Notes: a model not told the origin generated them from the sequence alone. Counted from the stretch's first letter, positions 36,555 to 47,200 are shown. The stretch: DNA of 64,000 nt from Sphingobacteriales bacterium (GCA_015655115.1 JAATFQ010000158.1:2183-66182), one strand, 5' to 3'. Numbers and translations: made by a program.

Positions 36555-37484
36555 TTAAGGGAGCAAGTTATAATTTAAACTATGGGCATATGTTTCGGGC
36601 TGTATGATGACGAAACGAATTAAGTGGAATTCTTTTTTAATATCTGTTCTTATTCTTTCTATGGCTTCGTTAATTTCTGCAGTGTCGAGATTTTCTTTAA
36701 AAGCGACGATCAGCATTAAAATTACTTCTTCGGGAGATTGATAGGTAGACAGGATATGCGAGGCCTTTAATACTGCAGGGTCTTTTTCTGCCAAAGCAGT
36801 GATTTTATTTTTGGAGATGTCGGAAATACCTTCCCCCATTAAAAGGCTCCGGCTTTCCCTGGCCAATATAAGAGATACACCAACAAGGAGCAGTCCTACA
36901 AGGAGTGAAGCTACACCGTCAAGCTGTGGAATATTAAGATGATGGCTTACTGACATGCAGATCATTACTATAAATAAACCGAGTACGGCGGCGCCGTCTT
37001 CAAAAAGAACAAGGAAATTCGAAGGATCTTTACTGCGTTTGATAGCTTCCCACCAACTGTCAGTACCACGTACCTTATTAAACTCTTTAGCCGCTATCAC
37101 TAAGGAGGTACCTTCAAACACTACAGATAAAGCAAGCACGACATAATTCCATGTAGGATTGCCTAATGGCTCCGGATGGATGATATGTATAATGCCCTGG
37201 TAGATGGAAATCCCGCCCCCTAAGCCAAATATGAGGATCGAAACAATAAATGAATAGAAGTAAAGCTCTTTCCCATAACCAAAAGGGCGAAGGGAATCTG
37301 CTGGTTTCCTGCTTCTCTTTAATCCGAAGAGAAGAAGTATCTGATTAATGGTATCCACCATTGAATGTATACCCTCAGAAATCATTGCAGCACTGTTGCT
37401 AAAAGCCCCAGCCGTAAATTTCGTAACTGCAATGAGTAGGTTTGCTGCAAGTGCGCTGTAAATTGATTTGTTTGATGTGGCCAT
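36555..37484 (-). CDS. Cation diffusion facilitator family transporter
   Basis: 'SEGIHSMVD', 'PFGYGKE' and 'VLFED'. Confidence 0.92.
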   Translation of the reverse strand: MATSNKSIYSALAANLLIAVTKFTAGAFSNSAAMISEGIHSMVDTINQILLLFGLKRSRKPADSLRPFGYGKELYFYSFIVSILIFGLGGGISIYQGIIHIIHPEPLGNPTWNYVVLALSVVFEGTSLVIAAKEFNKVRGTDSWWEAIKRSKDPSNFLVLFEDGAAVLGLFIVMICMSVSHHLNIPQLDGVASLLVGLLLVGVSLILARESRSLLMGEGISDISKNKITALAEKDPAVLKASHILSTYQSPEEVILMLIVAFKENLDTAEINEAIERIRTDIKKEFHLIRFVIIQPETYAHSLNYNLLP

Positions 37485-37540
37485 ATGTATGATTTGCGAT
37501 AATCAAACCTTATACCACAAATATCAGATGTCAGTGTTTT

Positions 37541-38125
37541 TTAGTAGAACGAACGTAATGTTTTTATTGCTGTACGTACTCTTGTTTTGATAGTGCCAAT
37601 TGGGATTGCCAGTTCTTCGGCTACCTCTACCTGGGTATACCCTTCAAAATAAAGAAGGTTGAGGATTTGGGTTTGTACGGGGCTTAGCAATTTAATCAGG
37701 TTCCGCAGGTCTATGGTTTCCGGATTATAGCTTTCATAATGCTCCAGGTTAACTTCAACCATAAGTTCTTCAAGTGATTCATTTTTTGACCGGTTTAATT
37801 CTCTGCGGCTACGCAGATGATCTATTGCTGTATTTTTACATAACCTGGCCATCCAGGTGAATAGCCTTCCTTTGTCGGAATCATATTGCGCTATCGACCT
37901 CCATATTTTAATAAAAGATTCCTGAAGTATATCTTCTGCCAATTCTTCATGCCTGGTAATCTGATGGATAATGCCTAACAATGAGGCAGCATAAAGATGA
38001 TATAGTTTTTCCAGTGCCATAGCTTCACCAGATTTTAAAGCCTCGATAAGCTCTTTTTCTGCCTTAGTCTGTTGTTTCTGGATATTGTTAGTACTATTAA
38101 TTACAGGAAGTATAAAACTGATCAT
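37541..38125 (-). CDS. ECF RNA polymerase sigma factor (SigK-like)
   Basis: 'AEDILQESF.KIW', 'GRLFTW...N.AID.LRS' and 'GYTQ.EVAE.L.IP.GT.KTR'. The ATG at 38125 is preferred. Confidence 0.92.
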   Translation of the reverse strand: MISFILPVINSTNNIQKQQTKAEKELIEALKSGEAMALEKLYHLYAASLLGIIHQITRHEELAEDILQESFIKIWRSIAQYDSDKGRLFTWMARLCKNTAIDHLRSRRELNRSKNESLEELMVEVNLEHYESYNPETIDLRNLIKLLSPVQTQILNLLYFEGYTQVEVAEELAIPIGTIKTRVRTAIKTLRSFY

Positions 38126-38219
38126 AATATAGCTATTGAGCGTAAGCCAAGCTTTTAACAAAATTCAAGCCTAATCATTTGTTATTCCATATAGCTCTGA
38201 GAATTATTTCCTAATACGT

Positions 38220-39593
38220 TTAACCTGCATTTTCGACTTTGGAAATAAGATGTCTTGTCCTCTGCTGAAATCTAAAAAATAAAAGTATTGAGGCAGTGAG
38301 CAAACCGAAGGTCAGTCCATACCAAATGCCATTTACACCTAATTCAAGCTGTATACCTAAGAAGTATGCCAGTGGAATTCCTATAATCCAATAGGCGATG
38401 AAGGTGATGAACGTAGGCACATTGACATCTCCAATTCCGCGCAGCACACCTAAACCTACAACCTGGGTACCGTCAAAAAGCTGAAAGAAACCCGCAATGA
38501 TCAGCAACTGAGCTGCTATATGTACAACAGCAAGATCTTCTGTATAGATAAAAGGAAGAATATTATTGGCACAGATAAAAAATATTGCAGTAACAGACAT
38601 AAATGCAATAATCACATGGTAGCTTGCAATTGCAGATCTCCTTAGATCTAACACGTTATTTTTACCAAGAAAGGTGCCCGTTTTAATGGTAGCTGCCGAA
38701 GCTATTCCACTTGCAAGCATATAAGTCATCGAGGCGAGATTAATCGCTACCTGGTGTGCTGCCTGTGGTACGGCACCAATGGTACCTATAAGTATGGCAG
38801 CTCCGCTGAAAGCACTGATCTCAAAGGAATATTGTAATGCTACAGGAGCGCCAATTTTAAGGATTTTTATACTTCTTACTTTATCTACCAGCGTGAAGCT
38901 GAAGGTTCTGAGGTATTTTTTGAAATTTTCTGACCTGAATACATAGATGAACATGACGATAGCCATCAGTGTCCTGTCTATCAGTGTACTTAATCCTACT
39001 CCTTTTACACCCATAGGGGCGATGCCGAACATGCCTTTTACGAAAATTATTCCCAGGATAATATTGATCAGATTGCCCCAGATGGATATATACATAGCCT
39101 GTTTAGTGAAACCCAGTCCCTCAGTAAATTGTTTAAAGGTCTGGAAAATCATTAAAGGAATGATAGATAATCCAAGGTAGCCGAGGTATGGCTTGGCATA
39201 AGCAACTACTTCGGGCGACTGGCCGATATGATCAATAATCAGTAATGTGCCGAAATGAACCATTGCATACAGCAGGATACCCATAATGATATTGATCATT
39301 AAGCTGTTAGACAGCAGTCTTCCGCATTCTGCATGATTCTTACGGCCGTTTTCCTGTGCGATTAAAGGGGTGAGGCCGTAAGAAATACCCAGCCCCAGCA
39401 CAAGGATCAGCATAAAAAGACTATTGACAAGTGATACAGCAGCTAGTTGTACTGTGCCGGCAAAATGACCAACAATAATACTGTCGGCAAGTTGTACAAG
39501 AGTATGGCCGAGTTGAGAAACCACAATTGGCATCGCAAGACGGAGATTGTCTGAGTAGTATGGCTTATATTTATTGTATAGGGAACTGAACAT
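38220..39593 (-). CDS. MATE family efflux transporter (NorM-like)
   Basis: About 12 TMs with 'LAMPIV', 'GAPV...FE', 'AAHQVA' and 'FQLFDGTQ...G.LRG'. Confidence 0.93.
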   Translation of the reverse strand: MFSSLYNKYKPYYSDNLRLAMPIVVSQLGHTLVQLADSIIVGHFAGTVQLAAVSLVNSLFMLILVLGLGISYGLTPLIAQENGRKNHAECGRLLSNSLMINIIMGILLYAMVHFGTLLIIDHIGQSPEVVAYAKPYLGYLGLSIIPLMIFQTFKQFTEGLGFTKQAMYISIWGNLINIILGIIFVKGMFGIAPMGVKGVGLSTLIDRTLMAIVMFIYVFRSENFKKYLRTFSFTLVDKVRSIKILKIGAPVALQYSFEISAFSGAAILIGTIGAVPQAAHQVAINLASMTYMLASGIASAATIKTGTFLGKNNVLDLRRSAIASYHVIIAFMSVTAIFFICANNILPFIYTEDLAVVHIAAQLLIIAGFFQLFDGTQVVGLGVLRGIGDVNVPTFITFIAYWIIGIPLAYFLGIQLELGVNGIWYGLTFGLLTASILLFFRFQQRTRHLISKVENAG

Positions 39594-39623
39594 GGTATAG
39601 GTAATGAACCTGCAAATCTATAC

Positions 39624-40256
39624 TTATTTAACATCTAAAAGGCTAAAATATTCTTCTTTTTCAGAAGAATGGGGCCGAATTAAACCTGTCAGTATAAGAC
39701 TTACCAATATTTTTTGCGCCTGTTTATGAGAACTCCGTGTAAGTTTGCAAAATTGTTTTAGCGTTATCCTGCCTTCCTTATCCAGAAACTGCAGGAGTTT
39801 TTTCTCCTGATCGGTATACGTAATCAGCTGTCCGCTTTGCGTGTTGTCTTTTTTCAATACATCTATAATGATCTTGGAGGCAAGGATACTTTTATCGTTA
39901 ACACGGAAGTATACCCACCATTTTTTGTTTTCATCGAGCGCGTAATGTGGCTTTGTATTACTTTGGGGAATGGTTGCGACAAGCACAAGCTTGCTATCGA
40001 TATAGATTTCTTCAAATTCAGGCTCTATCGCCGGGCGGCAATATTGATGGGCAGATTTTAAGATCATATATCTTTCTTCATCTTCAGACTTGACGCCTTT
40101 TATAGAGCCGTCATCGGCTACGCCAATTAAAAGCTGGCCTCCTCTGTTATTGGCGAAAGCAACCAGACTTTTAGCTATTTTCTCATTGCTGGAAATGGTC
40201 TTTTTAAAATCGAGTGTAGTGCCTTCACCTTGCAAAATCAGTTTCCTTATGTTCAT
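39624..40256 (-). CDS. AlbA_2 (Schlafen-like) domain protein with C-terminal winged helix
   Basis: 'GEG..LDFK', 'AFANNRGG.LLIGV.DDG' and an HTH-like C-terminus. Confidence 0.85.
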   Translation of the reverse strand: MNIRKLILQGEGTTLDFKKTISSNEKIAKSLVAFANNRGGQLLIGVADDGSIKGVKSEDEERYMILKSAHQYCRPAIEPEFEEIYIDSKLVLVATIPQSNTKPHYALDENKKWWVYFRVNDKSILASKIIIDVLKKDNTQSGQLITYTDQEKKLLQFLDKEGRITLKQFCKLTRSSHKQAQKILVSLILTGLIRPHSSEKEEYFSLLDVK

Positions 40257-40283
40257 GTTCAGCAGTGATTAAGAAAGACAGGA

Positions 40284-40769
40284 TCAGTAAGCTACACGTC
40301 CTTCTTCCCCGTTATATAGGTTTCTTATATAAACTTCATTCATTACAGTTGCACATAGCTCACCGCTTTTATTGAATATTTCCATGGGATAAGCTTTTAT
40401 AAATTTCCCGCCGGTGTTAAGTGCTTCAATTGCTTCGTTGAGCATTTCGTCGGTTATAATCAGGGTGAAAAAGAGATCGGAACGCCCTGGTTTCAGGTAT
40501 TGTATGCTTGCACTTTTTAGCCATACCCTGATCTTGAAGCCTTCTCTCTGCAGCAACTGATCAAATAATAAGGCATAAAAAGGATCTGTAGCTGCATAAA
40601 TGGTTCCCCCAAAAATAGACCCGTTGTAATTCTTGTTAAATAAGCTCTTGTTTATTTTTACATCCACTCCGCGGAAACCATCATGGAAACGGCGGACCCA
40701 GATACGCTGGAATAACATTGGCGGGTAGAGACAAAGTCCCCATTTGAGTGTTTTTTCTGATACGATCAT
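40284..40769 (-). CDS. Hotdog-fold thioesterase-like protein (DUF4442/YiiD-like)
   Basis: 'NKNYNGSIFGG.IY...DP.Y' and 'VW.KSA.I.YLKPG'. Confidence 0.8.
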   Translation of the reverse strand: MIVSEKTLKWGLCLYPPMLFQRIWVRRFHDGFRGVDVKINKSLFNKNYNGSIFGGTIYAATDPFYALLFDQLLQREGFKIRVWLKSASIQYLKPGRSDLFFTLIITDEMLNEAIEALNTGGKFIKAYPMEIFNKSGELCATVMNEVYIRNLYNGEEGRVAY

Positions 40770-40991
40770 GACGAATAAAGATCTGAAAGATTATTGAACA
40801 TTTATAAGATATATATATGCTTAAAGTAATATTTAAATAGAAAAATTGTGTTTACAATCATGATGGAGTACTAAAGTGTTCGCCATCAAACCATACGGTG
40901 TAAATACCTGTTAAAACAAGAATACTTAAAACCTTCAGTCATTATACTTCGTTAGTAATGATATCTAAAACAAAATTTTTAAACAGAATCT

Positions 40992-41603
40992 ATGAAAAAG
41001 CAATTTTTTAATGCTGCAATGGCCCTTTCTTTACTCGCTATGGTTTCGGCTTGTAGTTCCTCTAAAACAGAATCGGCTACAGACAGCACAATGAATGACA
41101 GTACGGCTATGGACACCACTATGGCTATGTCTGATACAACAATGCATACACAGGAAGGCGTAATGGTTGGTGGTGCACTAATGGTGCCTACAAAAAATAT
41201 AGTTGAAAATGCAATGGGCTCCAGTGACCATACTACATTGGTAGCAGCAGTTAAAGCGGCTGGTTTAGTAGAGACATTAAGCGGCAAAGGACCTTTTACT
41301 GTATTTGCACCTACAAATGAAGCTTTCGATAAATTACCTAAAGGTACGGTGGAATCTTTATTGAAACCTGCTATGAAAAAAGACCTTACAGGTGTTTTAA
41401 CTTACCATGTGGTAGCTGGAAATTATAAAGCGGCCGATTTGAAAGATGGTCTGGAATTGACTACTGTACAAGGCCAGAAAATCAAGTTTAGCTACAAGGA
41501 CAAACAATGGTATGTTAATGACGCAAAAATCACGATTACTGATGCTGTTTCCAGCAATGGTGTAACGCACGTTATTGATGCCGTATTGATGCCTAAAAAG
41601 TAG
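40992..41603 (+). CDS. Fasciclin (FAS1) domain lipoprotein
   Basis: Lipobox VSAC, 'GPFTVFAPTNEAF', 'LTYHVV' and 'NGVTHVIDAVL'. Confidence 0.95.
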   Translation: MKKQFFNAAMALSLLAMVSACSSSKTESATDSTMNDSTAMDTTMAMSDTTMHTQEGVMVGGALMVPTKNIVENAMGSSDHTTLVAAVKAAGLVETLSGKGPFTVFAPTNEAFDKLPKGTVESLLKPAMKKDLTGVLTYHVVAGNYKAADLKDGLELTTVQGQKIKFSYKDKQWYVNDAKITITDAVSSNGVTHVIDAVLMPKK

Positions 41604-41628
41604 ATTTAGTATAATTAATTAATTTTTT

Positions 41629-41665
41629 GCGGGGCTATTCCTTTATAGGAGCAGCCTCGTTTTTT
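41629..41665 (+). terminator. Intrinsic terminator
   Basis: GCGGGGCT...AGCCTCGT followed by a T run. Confidence 0.6.
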
Positions 41666-41692
41666 ATGGATTACTTTATATACATTTAGTTC

Positions 41693-42010
41693 ATGAAAAA
41701 AATTATACTTATTGGAGCAGTGATACTATCGCTGTCAGCGTGTTCAAAGAAAAAACCTTTTGAATCTATAAAAAAAGGCATGTCTAAAGAGAAGGTTTCG
41801 GCATTAATTGGTGAACCGGAGCAGAAAATGCCGATGTTTATTATGGAATGGTGGATGTATCCTAAAGATAATAAGCTGGTTGTAATGAGAAATGATACTG
41901 TAGTAAGAGTAGTAATGGATTTGAAAGCAAGTCAGGATAGTATGAAAACGATGTCGAAAGACATGGAAAAAGCTGGTGAGGATATGAAAAAAGCACTGGA
42001 CAGTCTTTAG
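41693..42010 (+). CDS. Small lipoprotein (SmpA/BamE-like)
   Basis: Lipobox LSAC and 'IKKGMSKEKV..LIGEP...EWW.Y'. Confidence 0.7.
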   Translation: MKKIILIGAVILSLSACSKKKPFESIKKGMSKEKVSALIGEPEQKMPMFIMEWWMYPKDNKLVVMRNDTVVRVVMDLKASQDSMKTMSKDMEKAGEDMKKALDSL

Positions 42011-42095
42011 TTTCCTGTTTTATGCATGATTACCAAAAATGGTATAAACAATCTATAAGATAAGTTGTTATGAACCTAGTATTAAAACAAAACCT

Positions 42096-42305
42096 ATGAA
42101 AAAGATAATCTTAAGTCTTGCTTTTGCCGGCTCATTAGCAATAGCCGCTTCTGCATGCAATTCTACAAAGAGTGTTTCTAATTCCTCGGATAGTTCATCA
42201 GTTAGCGGTGGTTCTGCAGATACTTCGGCTGCTACGCCAACAGATACGATGACCAGGGATACCACAACTGTTCCGCCGGATACGACGAAAACACCTAAAA
42301 TGTAA
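42096..42305 (+). CDS. Small low-complexity S/T/D-rich lipoprotein
   Basis: MKKIILSLAFAGSLAIAASAC lipoprotein signal, followed by a strong hairpin. Confidence 0.75.
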   Translation: MKKIILSLAFAGSLAIAASACNSTKSVSNSSDSSSVSGGSADTSAATPTDTMTRDTTTVPPDTTKTPKM

Positions 42306-42306
42306 T

Positions 42307-42353
42307 ACTAAAATAATAAAGACTGCCATTATGGTGGTCTTTATTGTTTTAGT
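42307..42353 (+). terminator. Terminator hairpin
   Basis: ACTAAAATAATAAAGAC...GTCTTTATTGTTTTAGT. Confidence 0.6.
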
Positions 42354-42430
42354 GTAAAATTGAAGCTAAAACACCTTTATTTACCATGCTGACGGTTATA
42401 TTAAACTTAACTTTGGCGTTATAATCGGAC

Positions 42431-43327
42431 ATGATGTTAAGAGATAAAATTGTACTGGCGTACCAAAAGATTCAGGATGAAATCTGCGAGAGTTTAGCAA
42501 TTGCAGATGGAAAGGGGAGGTTTGAAGAAGAAATTTGGGAAAGAGAAGGTGGGGGGGGTGGACGGACCCGGGTTTTTCAGCATGGGGATGTGATCGAAAA
42601 GGGCGGTGTCAATTTTTCTGCCGTTTACGGTAAGCTGCCTGAGGCAGTAAAGAAAGCATTCAAAGTGGATAATGATGAGTTTTTTGCTTGCGGTGTTTCT
42701 ATCGTTATTCACCCCATTAATCCATTTGTCCCTATTATACATATGAATATCCGTTATTTTGAAATGGATGAACAAACACGCTGGTTTGGCGGTGGCATTG
42801 ACCTTACGCCTCACTATGTGATCGATACAGATGCAAGATATTTCCATCATATACTAAAGCAAACCTGTAATGAATTTGATTCTTCATTTTATAAGAAGTT
42901 CAAAAAGCAGGCTGATGATTATTTCTTTATCAAACACCGCAATGAAACGCGTGGTATTGGAGGGATATTTTACGACAGGCTGAAACCTGAAAATACAGGG
43001 CTCGACTGGGAGCAGCTTTTTGAATTTTCTCTTGCCGTAGGCAATTCCTTTATACCTATATATACAGAACTGATTGATCGTAACCGTGACACTGAATATA
43101 CTGAAGCAGAACAGGAGTGGCAATACCAGCGCAGGAGCCGTTATGCAGAATTTAATTTAGTTTATGATTCTGGTACAAAGTTCGGTTTGGAGACTAATGG
43201 AAGGATAGAATCTATACTAATGAGCTTACCGCCAATGGCTAAGTGGACATATAACCACAAACCCGCAGACAACAGTTTAGAGGCTACAACTCTTACTAAG
43301 TTAATAAAAGGGATAGACTGGGCTTAA
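42431..43327 (+). CDS. hemF: Oxygen-dependent coproporphyrinogen III oxidase
   Basis: EKGGVNFS, HMNIR, WFGGG.DLTP, RGIGGIFYD and R.ESILMSLP motifs. Confidence 0.97.
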   Translation: MMLRDKIVLAYQKIQDEICESLAIADGKGRFEEEIWEREGGGGGRTRVFQHGDVIEKGGVNFSAVYGKLPEAVKKAFKVDNDEFFACGVSIVIHPINPFVPIIHMNIRYFEMDEQTRWFGGGIDLTPHYVIDTDARYFHHILKQTCNEFDSSFYKKFKKQADDYFFIKHRNETRGIGGIFYDRLKPENTGLDWEQLFEFSLAVGNSFIPIYTELIDRNRDTEYTEAEQEWQYQRRSRYAEFNLVYDSGTKFGLETNGRIESILMSLPPMAKWTYNHKPADNSLEATTLTKLIKGIDWA

Positions 43328-43424
43328 TTTTTTTCCACAATACGCTTAAAGAGCAATATTTTCGTATTTTCGCAAGGTTATAACATTACCTTATTTAAAT
43401 CGTTTTTAACGAACATTACTTTTT

Positions 43425-46067
43425 ATGGCAGAAGATTTAGAAAATCAGGATAACGACAAAATAATTAAGATTGACATAGACGAGCAGATGAAGTCTGCTT
43501 ATATCGATTATTCGATGTCTGTTATTGTATCAAGGGCTTTGCCTGACGTACGTGACGGACTTAAACCAGTACACAGACGTGTTCTTTACGGCATGCTCGA
43601 CCTTGGGCTTGCCAGCAACAAACCCTACAAAAAATCCGCCCGTATTGTTGGAGAGGTATTGGGTAAGTATCACCCGCATGGTGACTCTTCTGTATACATG
43701 ACAATGGTGCGTATGGCACAGGAATGGAGTTTACGTTACCTGCTTGTTGAAGGGCAGGGAAACTTTGGCTCTATTGATGGTGACTCGCCGGCGGCGATGC
43801 GTTACACAGAGGCCAGATTCCAGAAGATTGCTGAGGATATGCTTGCTGACATTAACAAAGACACAGTAGATTTCCAGTTGAACTTTGATGATTCCCTGCA
43901 GGAACCAACGGTGTTGCCTTCAAAGGTGCCTAACTTATTGATCAATGGATCATCTGGTATTGCTGTAGGTATGGCTACTAATATGCCTCCTCACAATATT
44001 ACCGAAGTTATCGGCGCAACTATCGCTTATATTGAGAACAATGAAATTACTGTTCCTGAGTTAATGAAGTTTGTTAAAGGGCCTGATTTTCCTACTGGTG
44101 CTATAATTTATGGCTACAATGGTGTTCAGGAAGCTTTCGAAACAGGCAGAGGACGTATTGTTATGCGTGCTAAAGCTGAGATTGAAACGGTTAAAGACAG
44201 GGAAACTATTATTGTAACAGAAATCCCTTACCAGGTAAATAAAGCCATGATGATTGAGCGTACTGCTGAATTGGTTGGTGAGAAGAAACTGGAAGGTATT
44301 TCTAATATTAAAGATGAGTCTAACAAGGATTGTATCCGTATCGTTTATGAAATTAAACGTGATGCGAATGCTGCAATTGTATTAAACAACTTGTTCAAAC
44401 AAACAGCACTTCAGACTTCTTTCAGTGTAAATAACATTGCATTGGTGAAGGGAAGGCCACAAATGCTGAACCTGAAAGATTTAATCAGTTACTTCGTAGA
44501 ACACAGGCATGAGGTTATTGTACGCCGTACTCAATTTGAATTGAATGAAGCACAGAAACGTGCTCATATTCTCGAAGGTTTACTGATTGCGTTAGACCAC
44601 CTCGATGAGGTGATTAAACTGATCCGCGGATCGAATACGCCTGAAGAAGCCAGAACTGGCCTGATGGAACAGTTTGGATTAAGTGATATCCAGGCAAGAG
44701 CTATTCTGGATATGACGTTGCGCCGTTTAACAGGTCTGGAAAGAGATAAGATCAAAGATGAATTCAATGAGTTGATGAAAACTATTGAGCACTTACAAGC
44801 TATTCTTGCTGACGAAGGCCTGCGTATGCAGATTATTAAAGATGAGCTTGCCGAGATGCTGGAGAAATATGGTGATGAGCGCAGGACCCAGATCGTACAT
44901 TCAGCTGAAGATATGAGCATGGAAGATTTCATTGAGGATGAAGAAGTAGTCATCACAATTTCTCATGAAGGTTATATCAAACGTACTCCGGCAACTGAAT
45001 ACCGTACACAAGCCAGAGGTGGTAAAGGATCTAAAGGAAGTGATTCCAGAAATGAAGATTTTATCGAGCATTTATTAATTGCCTCGAATCACAACTATAT
45101 GCTCTTCTTTACAGAAACCGGCCGCTGTTTCTGGTTAAGGGTTTATGAAATTCCTGAAGGCTCAAGGTTAAGTAAAGGTAGAGCTATACAGAATATCATC
45201 AATATCCCTAAGGAGGAGAAGATAAAAGCTTATATTAAAGTTAAGAACCTGAAAGACCAGGATTATCTAGAAAACAACTACATAATCATGTGTACCAAGA
45301 AAGGTACTATTAAGAAAACTTCTCTTGAGGCTTACTCAAGACCAAGGGTAAATGGTATTAATGCGATCAATATTAATGAAGGTGACCAGTTACTGGAAGC
45401 TAGTTTAACCAGCGGAACAAGTGAAATTGTAATGGCTTTACGTTCCGGACGCGCAATCAGGTTCAATGAATCTACTGTCAGACCAATGGGCAGAACTGCT
45501 ACAGGTGTAAGGGGCGTAACACTCGGACATGATAAGGATGAGGTAGTTGGAATGATCGCTGTTGATGACCCATCTGCCACAGTTATGGTTGTTTCAGAAA
45601 AAGGTTACGGCAAACGTACTGACATAGATGATTATCGCGTTACTAATAGAGGTGGTAAAGGGGTTAAAACTATTACCATTACCGAGAAAACGGGTGATTT
45701 AATTGCAATCAAGAGTGTTACAGATGCTGATGATTTAATGATTATCAATAAATCAGGTATCGTTATACGTATTGTATTGAGTCAGTTGCGCGTAATTGGA
45801 AGAGCTACTCAGGGTGTCCGCCTGATCAATTTAAAAGGTAATGATGCGATAGCATCGGTTGCTAAAATTGAACACGAGGATGAGCCGGAAGATGATGGCA
45901 ATGAAGATTTAGTTGTGATTGCAGGTGAAGAAGATTTAGCAGATGGATCTGTTGCCCCAGCGGTAACTGACGAAGCGGAGGCCGGAGAATCAGCAGAAGA
46001 TGATGATGATGACGCCGAAGAAGGTGAAGATACTGATGAAGAGTCTGATGATACCGACGAAAATTAA
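43425..46067 (+). CDS. gyrA: DNA gyrase subunit A
   Basis: [26 protein letters not shown], GyrA-box QARGGKG and an acidic tail. Confidence 0.98.
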   Translation: MAEDLENQDNDKIIKIDIDEQMKSAYIDYSMSVIVSRALPDVRDGLKPVHRRVLYGMLDLGLASNKPYKKSARIVGEVLGKYHPHGDSSVYMTMVRMAQEWSLRYLLVEGQGNFGSIDGDSPAAMRYTEARFQKIAEDMLADINKDTVDFQLNFDDSLQEPTVLPSKVPNLLINGSSGIAVGMATNMPPHNITEVIGATIAYIENNEITVPELMKFVKGPDFPTGAIIYGYNGVQEAFETGRGRIVMRAKAEIETVKDRETIIVTEIPYQVNKAMMIERTAELVGEKKLEGISNIKDESNKDCIRIVYEIKRDANAAIVLNNLFKQTALQTSFSVNNIALVKGRPQMLNLKDLISYFVEHRHEVIVRRTQFELNEAQKRAHILEGLLIALDHLDEVIKLIRGSNTPEEARTGLMEQFGLSDIQARAILDMTLRRLTGLERDKIKDEFNELMKTIEHLQAILADEGLRMQIIKDELAEMLEKYGDERRTQIVHSAEDMSMEDFIEDEEVVITISHEGYIKRTPATEYRTQARGGKGSKGSDSRNEDFIEHLLIASNHNYMLFFTETGRCFWLRVYEIPEGSRLSKGRAIQNIINIPKEEKIKAYIKVKNLKDQDYLENNYIIMCTKKGTIKKTSLEAYSRPRVNGINAININEGDQLLEASLTSGTSEIVMALRSGRAIRFNESTVRPMGRTATGVRGVTLGHDKDEVVGMIAVDDPSATVMVVSEKGYGKRTDIDDYRVTNRGGKGVKTITITEKTGDLIAIKSVTDADDLMIINKSGIVIRIVLSQLRVIGRATQGVRLINLKGNDAIASVAKIEHEDEPEDDGNEDLVVIAGEEDLADGSVAPAVTDEAEAGESAEDDDDDAEEGEDTDEESDDTDEN

Positions 46068-46097
46068 TTTAATCAAATAAATTAAAAAATAGATAAT

Positions 46098-47180
46098 ATG
46101 AAAAAAGTACTTTTAAGTATGCTATTAATAGGTGCTGCCACCTATGCAAATGCTCAAAAGGGTGAGGTGACCAAAGCTAAAAATTCATGGGCTCTGGCAA
46201 GATTAGGATCGCAAACTCAACCATTGGATGCCACTTTAAAAACTCTGAACGAAGGGTTGAAAATCACTGATAATGCGATTGTTCACGAGAAATCGAAGTT
46301 AATGCCTGAGGCATGGTCTTATAGAGCACTTTTTGCATCCAGGATCGCTTTCGTAGATTCACTAAACGTACCTAATGCTTTGGCTAATGGTAAAATTGCT
46401 GAAGAAGCAATTGCTAAAGCCAAGGAATTGGATACAAAAGGAGAGGAGAAAGAAAACATTCAGGAAGCTGAGCTTACGCTATCAAATGCGGAGAGAAACA
46501 GAGCCATTTTTGCCTATAATAAGAAAGACTTTAAAGCTGCCTTAGGCTTCTTTAATGATATTACAGCTAAAAACCCTACAGATACTTCCAATTTTGTAAA
46601 TGCAGGTGTGACTGCTAAACAGATTGAAAATTATCCTGAAATGGTTAAGAACTTTAAATCTGCTATTGGCCTGGGATACAAAGACAGCGAGTCTTTATAC
46701 AGCGAAATTATCGGTACTACTTTTGAGAAATTAAAAGATACTGTTGCTGGTGCGGCCTTGCTTGAACAAGCTATCGCAAAATATCCTGAGAATTCTTACT
46801 TCGTAGGTATGCAAACTGATCTTTATATTAAACAGGGAAATGTAGCTAAGTCACAAGAACTGTTAGCTAAATTAATTGCTAAGGACGGTAAAAATGCTTC
46901 ATATCAATATGCTATGGGCGACACTTACTACAAACAAGCTTTAGATCTGCAACCTAAAAGAAATGCTCTTGATGCAAAAAAGAAAAAAGAATTTGATGCT
47001 ATTACAGCAAAAATGATTGGCTTTATTGATCAGGCCATGCCATACTATAAGAAAGCATATGAGTTAGATCCTAAAATGACTTCAGCATTGGAGAATCTGA
47101 AAATTATATATCTTTTTAAAGATGATAAAGTGAACTATGAAGCGACAAAAAAATTACTTGACGCCGCTGCTAAGAAATAA
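46098..47180 (+). CDS. Tetratricopeptide repeat protein (exported)
   Basis: Signal peptide and helical TPR-like repeats, e.g. 'AMPYYKKAYELDP'. Confidence 0.82.
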   Translation: MKKVLLSMLLIGAATYANAQKGEVTKAKNSWALARLGSQTQPLDATLKTLNEGLKITDNAIVHEKSKLMPEAWSYRALFASRIAFVDSLNVPNALANGKIAEEAIAKAKELDTKGEEKENIQEAELTLSNAERNRAIFAYNKKDFKAALGFFNDITAKNPTDTSNFVNAGVTAKQIENYPEMVKNFKSAIGLGYKDSESLYSEIIGTTFEKLKDTVAGAALLEQAIAKYPENSYFVGMQTDLYIKQGNVAKSQELLAKLIAKDGKNASYQYAMGDTYYKQALDLQPKRNALDAKKKKEFDAITAKMIGFIDQAMPYYKKAYELDPKMTSALENLKIIYLFKDDKVNYEATKKLLDAAAKK

Positions 47181-47200
47181 TATCCATTGAGAATCATATT

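Noticed and set aside
39624-40256. AlbA_2/Schlafen protein as an anti-phage defence system
   Set aside because: It is a stand-alone small gene within an ordinary thioesterase-AlbA-MATE run, with no defence partners or mobile context.
42551-42558. G8 homopolymer in hemF as a phase-variation tract
   Set aside because: It encodes part of the conserved Gly-rich EGGGGGR motif, and the frame is intact.
43670-43700. Quinolone-resistance substitution in the GyrA QRDR
   Set aside because: HPHGDSSVY retains Ser at the position equivalent to E. coli Ser83. The downstream residues (MT) cannot be interpreted without clade comparison.
45880-46067. GAT/GAA-rich low-complexity tract as a repeat element
   Set aside because: It encodes the ordinary acidic C-terminal tail of GyrA.
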